Origin: Azolla caroliniana
Lineage: Eukaryota; Plantae; Polypodiophyta
Direction: 5' to 3'
Assembly (NCBI GenBank): GCA_043228905.1
Contig: JBHGNT010000009.1
Coordinates: 17,236,001 to 17,300,000, forward strand
Length of the DNA stretch: 64,000 nt
In this document: piece after piece, positions 10,615 through 22,329 of the stretch
Numbering within the stretch: the first letter of the stretch is position 1
Layout: each line of letters starts with the position of its first letter
Position numbers and translations under genes: made by a program
Notes under the pieces: generated by a model
Databases searched by the model: none
Seen by the model: only the letters and a program-made list of their open reading frames with translations
Told to the model about the DNA's origin: nothing

Positions 10615-12541
10615 GTGTGTCCTTGGTGGCAGCGAGGGGATGAAGGCCGTAGCAGCAACGACAACGAGCAACCAAGGTGAGCGCAAGAAGGAGGTCAAGC
10701 GGGCGTGACGACTACGGTCTGGTGGAAGACCGGAAACAAGAGGAACCCTCCAGACCTATTCTAGAGACTTCGGTGGTTGCGGATCGACGTAAGACTAGAG
10801 AGACGGTGGGTGGTGGCGAGGAGTTGGAGGTCGGAGTGGATGAGGTTACCGAAACGGGTATCCGGTGCAGAAAGACGGACAAGCGGGGCCAAGAGGGCCA
10901 AATCGAGCCGGAAAGGACTACGACGACGAAGGAAGAACAGGTTGACGCGGAGGTTGGGACTACAGTGATTGAAGGGCGTGAAACCGAGCATGCACTACGG
11001 CCGGTGAAGGGCCAAGAAACAAGCATGCACCCAGAAGAACAACAATGAGTGATCGGTGATAGCGGTCCGGTCAAGCCTTTGAGAGGCAAGCCTGGGACGA
11101 CAGGCGGAGCAGTGAGTTGCCGGGATTGGCGGATGAACGGCAAGAGCAGAGAGCAAAGGGCTACACACCGGGAAGAGAAAAAGCGGTGTCCCGGAGGACA
11201 TGTGAGGCCAAGTGGGCCAAGAGGACGCGAGTCGGGATGAAGCGGTAACGAGAGCCGCGAAGGACCCCGGTATGAAGGTCGGGATGACGATACACTCTAC
11301 CGCGAGAGAGCACAACGAGCAAGGGAGAAACAAGGAGCACGTAATGGGGTCACCTAAGGACAGAAGAACAAGCGCGTATTAGGAGGATGACATTGACGCA
11401 CGGGGAGAGCCTAAGGAAGGCAAGTGTGGAACGAAGAGAGATGGCACTCCAAGGTGCTCCTGACGAGGAGATAGTTGAACCAAAGGAGGGGAACACGCAA
11501 CACGCGAGGCGCGGAATCCGACGTACAACTAGAGTGACCGGGGCCCAATCGGAGGGCATACGCGGCGGACAAAGGAGGAGCACCGGATTGACAATGGTGT
11601 TCGGGAGGACCAATCGGGGAAGAAGGTGTGAGCGTCGGATATGGAGGAACAGATGGAGCTGATGGATCAGGGTCAGTAGGAGGTGACAAGGCGGTCGATG
11701 CCGAGACGGCGGAGAACCCAGTGGATCACTGTCACCGAAATCTCTCACCTTTCCTTTCATGGCACATATCGGTGGATGTGCGGTTTGGTGGGGGTGGATG
11801 TCATGAAGATTTCCGGCTTTGGTGTGAAACTGGGATGGAATGGGCAAGTTGGCAATGTGCAACATGTGCACATGTATAGTAGGAAAATGGTGTATAGAAT
11901 AAGGGGGGTAATTTATCCCACATTGTAACGTCCCTCCCTCCTTGGGCTACAAAAGGAAGGGACGGGTCTCTTGTGAAGGGGTTGCCCATTTTGAGTTAGG
12001 AGGGTATACCACTTACGTTGAAGGTGTGTTAGTTCTTCTTCTTCTTACTTTTAGAGTTTCTTGGAGGTTTCTTCTTCGTGTCTGTTTAGGGTTTAGTGCG
12101 GTGAGGACCTTGTATGTCTTGTGGGGTTTGCTTCTGCTCGGTCTCCTGTGCAAGACCCTGCTCAGCGCAACGAGCCCGAGAGCTCCCCGATCGGCGGCTT
12201 GGCAGCAGACTAATGTTGTAACCTAACCTACCTTAGTCCGGCTCGAAGCCGGAGTTGTATCTTGCTCCTGTGTATAAATAATGAAGCTCTGTGTCTGTCT
12301 CTACGTCTTCAGAGTTTCTTCTTTCCTTTCTGTACATAAGTATCGTGTGTTGAGTCGGTGCTGCACGCATTCTCTCTCTCCCTCTCTCGTGTTTGATAGC
12401 TTCCAGTACGCGCTCAAAATTGATCCGGTTTGCAGCACAGCCGGGACTAGAGAGAGTCGGTCTCCCGATGTCCATTTCCCCCTCGTCCGAGACCCCCTCG
12501 TCCTGCCCCTTTTCGACGCATACTTGCGGAAAACCACGACA
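10615..12541 (+). mobile_element. 3' remnant of Ty3/gypsy element X: GC-rich 3' internal region, PPT and 3' LTR (11799-12541)
   Basis: The PPT GGTTTGGTGGGGGTGGA (about 11782-11798) is identical to that of element Y at about 18917-18933. The LTR runs TGTCATGAAG...CCACGACA and is followed by CCGT. Its ends resemble those of the solo LTR at 49181-49867. Confidence 0.75.
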
Positions 12542-12965
12542 CCGTGTGTAAACCTTGCTTGTGTGTTCGTGCGACTTGTGGCAAGAGAGTGTTCGGGGTT
12601 GCCCATGCACCTCTCCTTTCACAAAGGCATTCGAAATTGTGTCCCCCATGTGTAAACCTTGCTTGTGTGTTCGTGCAACTTGTGGCAAGGGAGCGTTCGG
12701 GCTTGCCCATGCACCTCTCCTTTCACAAAGGCATTCGAAATTGTGTCTCTCGTGTGTAAACCTTGCTTGTGTGTTCGTGCGACTTGTGGCAAGGGAGCAT
12801 TCAGGCTTGCCCATGCACCTCTCCTTTCACTAAGGCGTTCAAATTTGTGTCTCTCGTGTGTGTAAGTAAGCCTTTTTCTTGGGTGTCTGTGTGTAAGCCT
12901 TCCTCACGTGCATTCGTTTGCCCTGTTACTAGGTGTTGATTCGGGCTTGCCCATGCACCTCTCCT
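12542..12965 (+). repeat. 104-bp tandem array in the 5' LTR remnant of element Y (about 3 full units plus 1 degenerate)
   Basis: Units GTGTGTAAACCTTGCTTG...GAAATTGTGTCTCCC start at about 12544, 12648, 12752 and 12856. Confidence 0.95.
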
Positions 12966-13113
12966 TTTCACAAACACGTTCCAATACGCGTGCGTTGTTT
13001 GTGTAACCCTTCCTTGTGTTGTGCGTGTAAACCCTATTTCCTTCCCGTCCATAACCCCGACGGTTCTGCCTCACAATCCGCACATAGTGACGGATTTTCA
13101 CAACATAATAAAG

Positions 13114-13130
13114 TGGTGAACCTGACATGA
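13114..13130 (+). promoter_or_regulatory. Primer-binding site complementary to the tRNA-Trp 3' end
   Basis: TGGTGAACCTGACATGA versus the expected TGGTGAACCCGACGTGA. The two mismatches are CpG-type transitions. Confidence 0.7.
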
Positions 13131-16100
13131 AGAGGCGGTAAGAAGGATCAAGTGCTTGAAATAGAAGATTAGAATATGGATTCTTCGTCAAACACCCAAG
13201 TTGATGAAGTGGCAAAGTTGGTGGCTATTGTCGAGCATATGATGAGAGCTCGAGATAATGATGCAAGCTTAGACAAGGCCATCGACTGAACCGTTGAGAT
13301 AGTGGGCCAATTTGGTGGAAGAAACATTACGGATTTTCTCGCTACATACAAGACGGAGATGCAACAACGTGATGTCATCGAAGAGAAGCAAATATCAAGC
13401 TTCAAGCGTGTTGTAGCTATTGGGTTACAAGGCCGTATAAGGGAGATTCAAGCTGCCCAAACAACGTGGGTGGGATTTGAAAGGGCGCTTTTGGCTGAAT
13501 ATATGCTTGAAGATGCGTCGAGGATGACTTGTCATACATTGATGAAGTGGATCGAGAAGAAGGGGAAGAACATGAACACATTGGGAGTGTACACCAAATT
13601 TGACCAAATGCACAACTGTCTCCCGAGAACCGACCAAACACTTCTCGAAGGAGATTAAGTTTTGTACTTCTTAAAGGCGGTGGATGCAAAAGTTAGACAA
13701 GAACTAGGTAGTCTATTAGAGGAAGAAGCCCAACCCAATGGTCTCATAACGGATTGGGTTGTGGTAAGAAGAGCATATGATCGATTTGACAAATGTCGTT
13801 GATGGCTCGATGATTCGGACATGGTGGGCCCGGTAGTCCAAAGAAGGAAGGCTCCAATAGCAACTGAGATGACAAAGCAAAGCGAGCCGACCGAAAGAGC
13901 GATGGAGAACTCTGTCATTGAAGAGTTGGCACGAAAATTTGAAGTGGTTTCGTTAGCTAATATGAGTCGTAGAGGGCCGAAGGGGAAAGACCCATATAGA
14001 TGTGTATGGTGTGATAGTGTTGATCATGCAAGGAAAGATTGTGCTAGCCTTCAAGAGGCAATTCGACAAAACCTCATCTACATGGAAGGCAACATTATAC
14101 ACTCAAGTGAGACTCGAAAGCCCCTGCAAGTGAATTTTGGTAAGGGGGTCTAAAGAAAATCATGGATGAGGCCGATGTGAGCCATGTTGAAGCTATACAC
14201 TATGCCGCATCCGCTGGTATAAGAATTGGGAAGGAGAAACTTGGAATGATTAAACCGAGAACGGGGTTTTGGCTGACCGTCCTCGAATACGAAAAAAAAG
14301 GGAAGATTAATTCGGATGATGCAAAGCTAGCCAACCTTCATGTATGAGACCTTACCGGGTGGGCGGATCCGGTTGATAACAACATGATCTATGCAGAGGT
14401 CATATGCGAAACCCACGAAGTGTTTGTGGATGAGAAGTGGAAGAGGATGGATCTAGATGAAGGCCCTTCTAAGAAACATGACACAAGAAGCTTGAAGAAA
14501 AAGGAAGAGATGATCAAGACCACACGTCAAGAAGATGGAAGCTCAAACAAGAGAGCCAAGGAATCAACTAAACCCATTGAAGAGAATGCCACGAAGGGGA
14601 AGGATAGATCAACGCCAAAGGTCGGATATTGATCAAACAACTAACTTAAGAAAGGTTCTTGAAGAAAGAGTGCTCGATAGCCGTATTGACCTTACATTGA
14701 GAGAACTACTTGGAGTTGCAAAGAAGGAGTTCCATGAGACCATCATCGATCTTATCAAACGTAAAAGACAACAAGCGGATGAGGAAGAGGGAATTTCGAC
14801 AAAGATGACAACCAATGCTATAACTATGGCAAGAACGGAAGAGAAAGAAGAAGATCTAGTGGACAGTCATTATACACGACCCCATTGGGTGAGACCGACA
14901 ACGGAAACTCCGGTGAAGATTGGAGAGAAGAAAGAGACAGTTGTGGCTCTTATAGACCACGGATCAGAGATTAACCTCATGTCGACGGATTTCTACAAGA
15001 AGGGAAGATGACCTATCAACACAAACCATGGATGGAAGATTCGTGCGGCAACGAAGGCCACAAAAGATCTTTATGGAGCATGTCCCAACATTCAAGTCAC
15101 AATCGGGGATGTAGAGATCAACCAACACTTTTTTGTGCAAGATTTGTCTTCCCATTCGGTGATTCTTGGGCAACCCTACATAACATCATCAAGGATGGAG
15201 ACTAAGGTGTTCGATAGTTGTGCAACATTCGCTCGGGTGAAGAGTCTTGATGGTCAAAAGTCGGTTCAATTCTTTATAGTCTGAGCTAATCACGAGAGGA
15301 ACCGAGATAGCCTCAGAGATGAGGCCTTGGATTTTTAACACGGACTATTGAAGAATGGGGCAAAGATAGTCTGAGAAAAAGTAAGTCCCCGAAAAGAAGA
15401 AAGAAGAAAGAAGGAAAACTATATTTAGCACCTAATGGTGTGTGTGGGATGACTACACTCAATGAGAGAGAGAAGCGCCAAGTTCAAAACTTTGAACATT
15501 GGCTAAAAGAACAAGGAATATTAGAAGAAGAAGACAACATCTCATGGGTCATGGAGGAAGCCTCATTTAACGATACAATCAGAGAAATAGAGAGTATCGT
15601 GGACTTGAGCCCTCATGAGCAACATACGATTCAAGTCAACTCCATCAACATGTATACCACCATCGATGAATGCTGATGAGGGGTCATGGAGGGGTTGGTC
15701 AAAGTAAACACAAAATATAAATCAGTAACTAAGAAGGTCAAGCCAGTAGCTATTCCGTTACCGGAGGATAGTTGGCAAAGGATGAAAGAAGTTACCAAGG
15801 ATCCAAGTCTCAGAGACCCAAAAGGGATAGGCCATACCTTCACAAACGAATCAAGAGGGAAACTCCAAGTCGGGAAGGATGACTTCCTTCTCCCCGAAGA
15901 AGAAGAAAGGTTTCGGATGATGCTTGAGAGACATGGGAAAGCCTTCGCCTTCTCTCCACAAGAAATCAGATGTGCCGACCCGAAGATGATAGAGCCGATG
16001 GTGATATTTACGGTGCCGCATGTACATTGGAACCTCAAGCCGATAACGGTTCCAAGAGCTCACATTCCGAAGCTGATTGAGCTTCTAAAGGAAAAGGTTA

Positions 16101-19100
16101 GGATGGGAAATCTTGAATTGTCCAATGCTCCCTAATCCAATAGATGGTTTACGGTGCCGAAGAAGAACGGGTCCTTACGCTTTAGTCAAGATCTCCAACC
16201 CGTCAACAAGGTGATGATCTAAAATGCCGGAATTGGTCCAAGCGTGGATGAATTTGCTGAAGCCTTCGCGGGAAGATCAATCTATTCCATTGGTGATCTC
16301 TACTCGGGCTATGATCAATTTCAATTGTCACTCGATAGTAGAGACATTAGAACATGAGGACACTGATCGGGTTGGTAAGGATGTGCACCTTACCCCCAGG
16401 TGCGACAAACTCCGTAGCCCACATGGTGAATGCCATGAACAAAGTGTTAAAGGATTGTATTCCTGATATCACAATGACCTTCTTAGATGACATTCCGGTC
16501 AAAGGATGCTTGGTGGAAGGAAAAGATGAATCAAAAGATGAAGATGGTTGCCGAAAATTCGTCATCGATCATATAAAGGATAACAAGAAGGTGTTGCAAA
16601 AGCTTGAGGATGCAAATCTCACGTTTTCAGGAGAGAAGTCCACATTCGATCAACCAGAAATATTAGTAGTAGGACACTTGTGTGGATCTTATGGCCGGAA
16701 GCCATCTCCATCCAAGGTGAATGCTATCCAAGAGATGAAAGAGGAGTGTGAGTCCCAAACAGAGGTGAGAAGATTCTTGGAAGCATGTGTGTTCTATTAC
16801 ATATGGATTCCACACTATGCTCATGTTGTTGAACCATTGTATGGACTACTAAAGAAAAGGAAGAAGTTTGAATGGGAAGACGAGCATACCTACGTTGTTC
16901 AAAAGTTGAAGAAACTATTATTGGAAGCTCCAGCATTGCGCAAAGCTAACTACACCGAAGGTACCCCGATATATGTGATAGTGGATGCGAGCCCAACCGG
17001 AATTGGATGGGTGATTAGCCAAGAAGACAAAGAAAAAAATCGGTTTGCAATCCGATTCAATGCAAAGGTGTTGACCGAAATCCAACGAAAGTATGCCCAA
17101 GTAAAGAGAGAGCTATGGGGGATAGTATCCACGGTTAAAACCGATGGCGACTACCTTATGGGAACGGAAGTCATAATCAAAACAGATTGTCTACCTATTC
17201 TCGGGATGATATCCGGTTGTGCTACACCAGATATTGCTATGTTACGATGGATTGCCTATATCAAGTCGCTCAACTCCGAGATTCGACATATAACTGGGAA
17301 GCATAATATGGTGGCCGATATGTTGTCAAGGGCAAGGTACGAAGGTGAAGAATATCCGCGCTCCGATGAAGAGGATGTTGGTCTAAACTTCTTTACGATT
17401 TCTTGTGCTTGGGTGCTAGCGGTGTTTAAAGTAGAAGATTATGAGGGTGAACTCATCGAAATTGGCAAGTACTTAAGCTCTCTTACAAAGGATGAATCAT
17501 GGTCAAAGGAAGACTTTTACCGAATTAGGAAGAAGGCCTACAAGTTCTTCCTCAAAGGACATCTATGGAAGTTTCCAAAGAGGAAGAATAGGACTCCACT
17601 TCGAGTGGTGTGCAAGAAATAAGATCAACAAACACTAATTGCTGAAGTTCATGATAGTGTGTGGGTAGGTCATTGAGGAATATGGGCAACTTTTGCAAAG
17701 CTCAAGGAGAAGTATTGGTGCCACTTCGAGTGGTGTGCAAGAAACAAGATCAACAAACACTACTTGCTGAATTTCATGATAGTGTGTGGGTAGGTCATCG
17801 AGGAATATGGGCAACTTATGCAAAGCTCAAGGAGAAGTATTGGTGGCCGGGTGTTTACAAAGATGTAGCAAGCTATGTTGAAACATGTGTGCACTACCAA
17901 TTATACTCAAATGTTCAACATAGGGATGAACTTCATCCAACATTTCCATTATCAATGCACTATAAGTGGTTGGTAGACATAGTGGTTATGCCAATGGGAT
18001 TGTGGCAAATGAGATACCTCGTGCTAGCAAGAGAGGATCTCACCAACCAAGTAGAAGGTCGGGCACTAAGGAATTAAACAACTTTGGCGGTTTGCAAGTT
18101 TCTCCTTGAAGATGTTATTTGTCGATACAGATGTGTTAGCAAAATAGTAGCCGATAGAGGAGAATTAGATGCAAATGAAGCTAAAGAGTTTTTCTCAAGG
18201 ATAGGCGTCAAATTATCACTTACCATGGCATACAACCCGGAGGCAAATGGAAAGGTGGAGTGGGGACATAGCCCGATTGTAAAAGCTCTAGCAAAGTCTT
18301 GAATGGGAAGATGGGGGATTGGCCATGATTATTACCATATGCATTGTGGGGCGATAGAACTACAGATAGCACGACTACTGGATATATGTCGTTCGAGCTC
18401 ATATTAGGGCAAAAACCAATAATGCCTATCAAGCAAAGTGTTACCTCATGGATGGCTTTGCAGCCATGGCAAGAGGAGATGAGTCGAGAAGACTTGCTAG
18501 CTACAAGGATCCAACAATTAGAACGGAGACCCAAAGATGTCGAGTTAGCAATAGAATGATTACGTGAGGCTCGATTGAGGAACAAGGAGAATTTTGATAA
18601 AAATCATCGTCTTCGTCTAAGAAAAATTGAAGAAGATTGTCTATGATAGTAGCCTTGATAATCAGCATTGCACTACTCGAAAGTTCGTGAAACGATGGTT
18701 TGGCCCATACATGGTTAAGGAAATAGAAAACAATGCAACCTATTTTCTAGCGGAGCTAGATGGAACTCGACTTGCTTTGCCAATTGCAGGGAAGAGAATC
18801 AAGATCTTTAAGAGAAGAGAGACCACAAATCCTGAAATCGAACCTCTAGACTTCGAGGTTTAAAAAGAATAAGCAATAGCAACTAACAATCATTGGCACA
18901 TACAGCAGGATGTGCAGGTTTGGTGGGGGTGGATGTTGTGATGTTTTCAACACAAAGTGTGAAACCACCCTCAAAAGAGAATAAAATAGTGGTCCAAATA
19001 AACTAATTCAACTATAGTAATAAATGAAAGGATAAAAAGTTAGAAGAGGTTTTCGAAAGTAGACAAAAATAGAGAAAAAGATGGGAAAAGAAAAGCTAGT

Positions 19101-19649
19101 CGTGGATATGAGGAGCAAGGTTGAGTAAAAAGCTCATAATTTCCTCGTCAAATGTCTAAATTAGAAAAGCAAAGATGCATAAGAAAGTTAACCTAAAGAG
19201 CTTTCCAAGAATATATTGCATGTGAAAATTGAGGCTAGAAAACAAAAATAGTGAGGAAAAGAAAAGTCGACTCATATAGACACGCTTTTTTTAGGGGGAA
19301 AAGGCAAGCAATCCTCAACCTATAAATAAGAGCTTATTCTAGTGACGAAAGGTGGGAGGGAGAAGGAATGCGGAAGCTCTACTAAATTGGAAAGCGGAAG
19401 AAGAAGGATCAACAACATCGAGAGGTATCATCAACAAAGAAACTCCTTCTATACTCCACTCTCTTCTTTCCTCCACCTCTCTTTCCCCATTCATTTATAA
19501 ACAATCCTTCATATTCGCATCCAACCCATTGTAACATGATTCTTATATTATAAAAGAATCTATTATATTGATATAAACTAATATTTTCTTTCATCTACTT
19601 GTCTTATGTGTAAATCGTGATTGTGGTTATTTGTTATCATCATTTGTGC

Positions 19650-20595
19650 TTATTTGTTTGTGTGTCTTGTGACAAAGGAGCCTTTCAGGCTTGCCCATGC
19701 ACCTCTCCTTTCACAAAGGCATTCAAACCTACGTGTCTTATATGTTATCGTTGTTTGTGCTTATTTTTTTGTCTGTCTTGTGACAAGGGAGCGTTTCGGG
19801 CTTGCTCATGCACCTCTCCTTTCACAAAGGCATTCAAACTTACGTGTCTTGCGTGTTAGTGTAAATCTTGCTTGTGTGTTCATGCGACTTGTGGCAAGGG
19901 AGCGTTCGGGTTTGCCCAAGCACCTCTCCTTTCACAAAGGCGTTCGAAATCATGTCTCCCGTGTGTAAACCTTGCTTGTGTGTTCGTATGACTTGTGGCA
20001 AGGGAACGTTCGGGCTTGCTCATGCACCTCTCCTTTCACAAAGGTGTTCGAAATTGTGTCTCCCATGTGTAAACCTTGTTTGTGTGTTCGTCCGACTTGT
20101 CGCAAGGGAGTATTTGGGCTTGCCCATGCACCTCTCCTTTCACAAAGGCGTTCGAAATTGTGTCTCCCGTGTGTAAATCTTGCTTGTGTGTTCGTGTGAC
20201 TTGTGGCAAGGGAGCCTTCGAGCTTGGCCATGTACCTCTCCTTTCACAAAGGCATTCGAAATTGTGTCTCCTGTGTGTAAACCTTGCTTGTGTGTTCGTG
20301 CGACTTGTGGCAAGGGAGCATTCGGGCTTGCCCATGCACCTCTACTTTCACAAAGGCGTTCGAAATTGTGCCTCCCGTGTATAAACCTTGCTTGTGTGTT
20401 CATGTGTTTTGCAACAAGGGAGTGTTCGGGCTTGCCCATGCACCTCTCTTTTCACAAGGCATTCGAAACTCTGTCTCTCGTATGTGTAAGTAAGCCTTTT
20501 CCTTGTGTGTCCGTGTGTAAGCCTTCGTCATGTGCATTCGTTCTCCTTGTTACTAGGGGTTGATTCAGACTTACCCATGCACCTCTCCTTTTCAC
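19650..20595 (+). repeat. 104-bp tandem array in the 3' LTR of element Y (6 regular units plus degenerate flanking units)
   Basis: Regular units start at about 19857, 19961, 20065, 20169, 20273 and 20377. Diverged units lie at about 19650-19850 and 20481-20595. Confidence 0.95.
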
Positions 20596-21789
20596 AAACA
20601 CGTTCTAATACTCGTGCCTTGTTTGTGGAAGACTTCCTTGTGTTGTGTGTGTAAGCCCTATTTCCTTTCTCGTCCATAACCCTGACAGTTCCGCCTCACG
20701 ATCCGCACATAGTGACGGATTTTCACGACACCGTGCATATTAATAGTTCATTCAATCAACAATCAGACATAATAACGTCATCACAATCATACTCCTTGAT
20801 ATCTATGGGTGACCATAAAATAAAACTAACAATATTTCCAAGATCTCTTTGACTACTTTTTGAAGTTATGGGGTGCCCTATTTACACTTTTGAGTGTCTT
20901 TCAATTCAATTTGCATTTGTCTACATTGGCCTATCTCACCTCTTCCATGCTTTCTATGGCTTTCAATAAGTCCATATTGGACAAAAATATGTAACTGATC
21001 ACTCTAATTGCTTAGTCTTTATCCTATTGTAGATTTTTGTAGGAATAAAAGAAAATGCATTCCAATTTGTCACACACGCTTCTCATGAGCAACCTTCAAA
21101 GAAAAAAGATTCAATAAAAGAGAAAAATAGAGAAAAAAACAGAGAAAATAGAGAGAAAGAGAATAAAAAAGAGACAAAATACATACTTCAGAGTGGTGGA
21201 GTGGTAAACAACAAATGTCGTGCAATCACCGAGAAGCAACAAGGAGCAACAAGTAGTGAGTGAGTGAGGGAGAAATGGGCAATGACCAAGGAACATGGAG
21301 TAGTGACGAAGGAAAGCAACGAGCAGCGCGCGAAGAAGGAGCAGGAAGCGTGAAGAAGGAAAGCAAGAAAAGAGAAATCAAGGGGGAATTTGGATATGAA
21401 ACATTGAAAGACATATATACAATGTACATTATAAATGTTTCCATATACTATAGAGATAGCTGGCTCATCCGGCTAGATTCCAGTTGGTTGGAAATACTAG
21501 TCGGAATCTATTCCAACTATCCATAATGGTTACCGGCAAAAGTCCCAATTCAACCTTTGCCCAACATTGTAATATATATATATGACGTGGAAAATAAATT
21601 TTTAGCATGTCATTTGACATGTATAATTTTTGGGCACCTTTCACATGAAAAATGAAAATTGTAAGTTTATATGTCACGTGACGGACATTTTTATTGGGTG
21701 TATGTTTTTTACGGGCAAAATGGCCTTTGATGGGCATGACACCTGTCAAATTCCTGCCCCGCATTGTATTACTACATCAAAATATATCA

Positions 21790-21960
21790 AATATAAAGGC
21801 ATGTAAGGTACACAAGAAAGGGCTAGTAGAAAATGAGTATCACTTGATTTTTACATGCTTTGCATATAGTGCAATTTGTAAAAGCTATGACGACATATTT
21901 AGAGGGTATGATGACTTGAGTGCCACACTAAAGAGAACACCTAGAAAGTTGTGTACTTAG
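21790..21960 (+). mobile_element. Short LINE 3'-end relic (Cys/His motif)
   Basis: CKVHKKGLVENEYHLIFTCFAYSAICKSYDDIF resembles the C-terminal CxxC..ExExH...CxxY motif of non-LTR ORF2. Confidence 0.45.
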
Positions 21961-22329
21961 TTTCCATGGGTCAATATTGGCCTCTTTGTGAATGTTAAAA
22001 ATGGTCTAATCTTACAAATCTCCAACTCTAACCTACAAAATTCTTGTATGAATTCATTCTCCATCATAGTTCAAATAGGTTCAAGGATCACACTATAGGA
22101 ATGTGTTGTCTTCTTTCTTACGTACCTTTGAATTATTGAGTGATGAACTCTATTATATTTCAGTTTTGAATTAAAAAAACATCTTATTGATCTATAGGTT
22201 GAGGTGAAGCTATCTTTCCCTTTTGTAAACTGCTCCTCATCATCTACCTTCAACCCTCTTGGAATTGTTGTAGACGTATCTCTATTTTAGCCTTTTTATG
22301 ATTCCATCTTGAATTTTGCAAGCACTAGG

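Larger units (their letters stand above)
12542..20730 (+). mobile_element. Ty3/gypsy non-chromovirus element Y (Phygy/Selgy-like), decayed; 5' LTR truncated (12542-13105), 3' LTR 18934-20730
   Basis: Gag with CVWCDSVDHARKDC zinc knuckle, protease LIDHGSEINL, RT (LPPGATNS...FLDDIPV), RNase H (IVDASPTGIG), integrase (HDSVWVGHRG...CVHY; AYNPEANGKVE), no chromodomain. The LTR 3' ends match (GGATTTTCACAACA / GGATTTTCACGACA). Many stop codons. The lineage name is from memory and unverified. Confidence 0.92.

Noticed and set aside
11799-13105. A single chimeric 5' LTR for element Y
   Set aside because: A separate LTR terminus (CCACGACA at 12541) and its own PPT show that 11799-12541 belongs to a different inserted element.
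19650-20595. CRISPR-like array interpretation of the 104-bp repeats and their Cys-rich ORFs
   Set aside because: Units are homologous along their whole length with no unique spacers and no cas genes. The ORFs shift frame every unit because 104 is not a multiple of 3.
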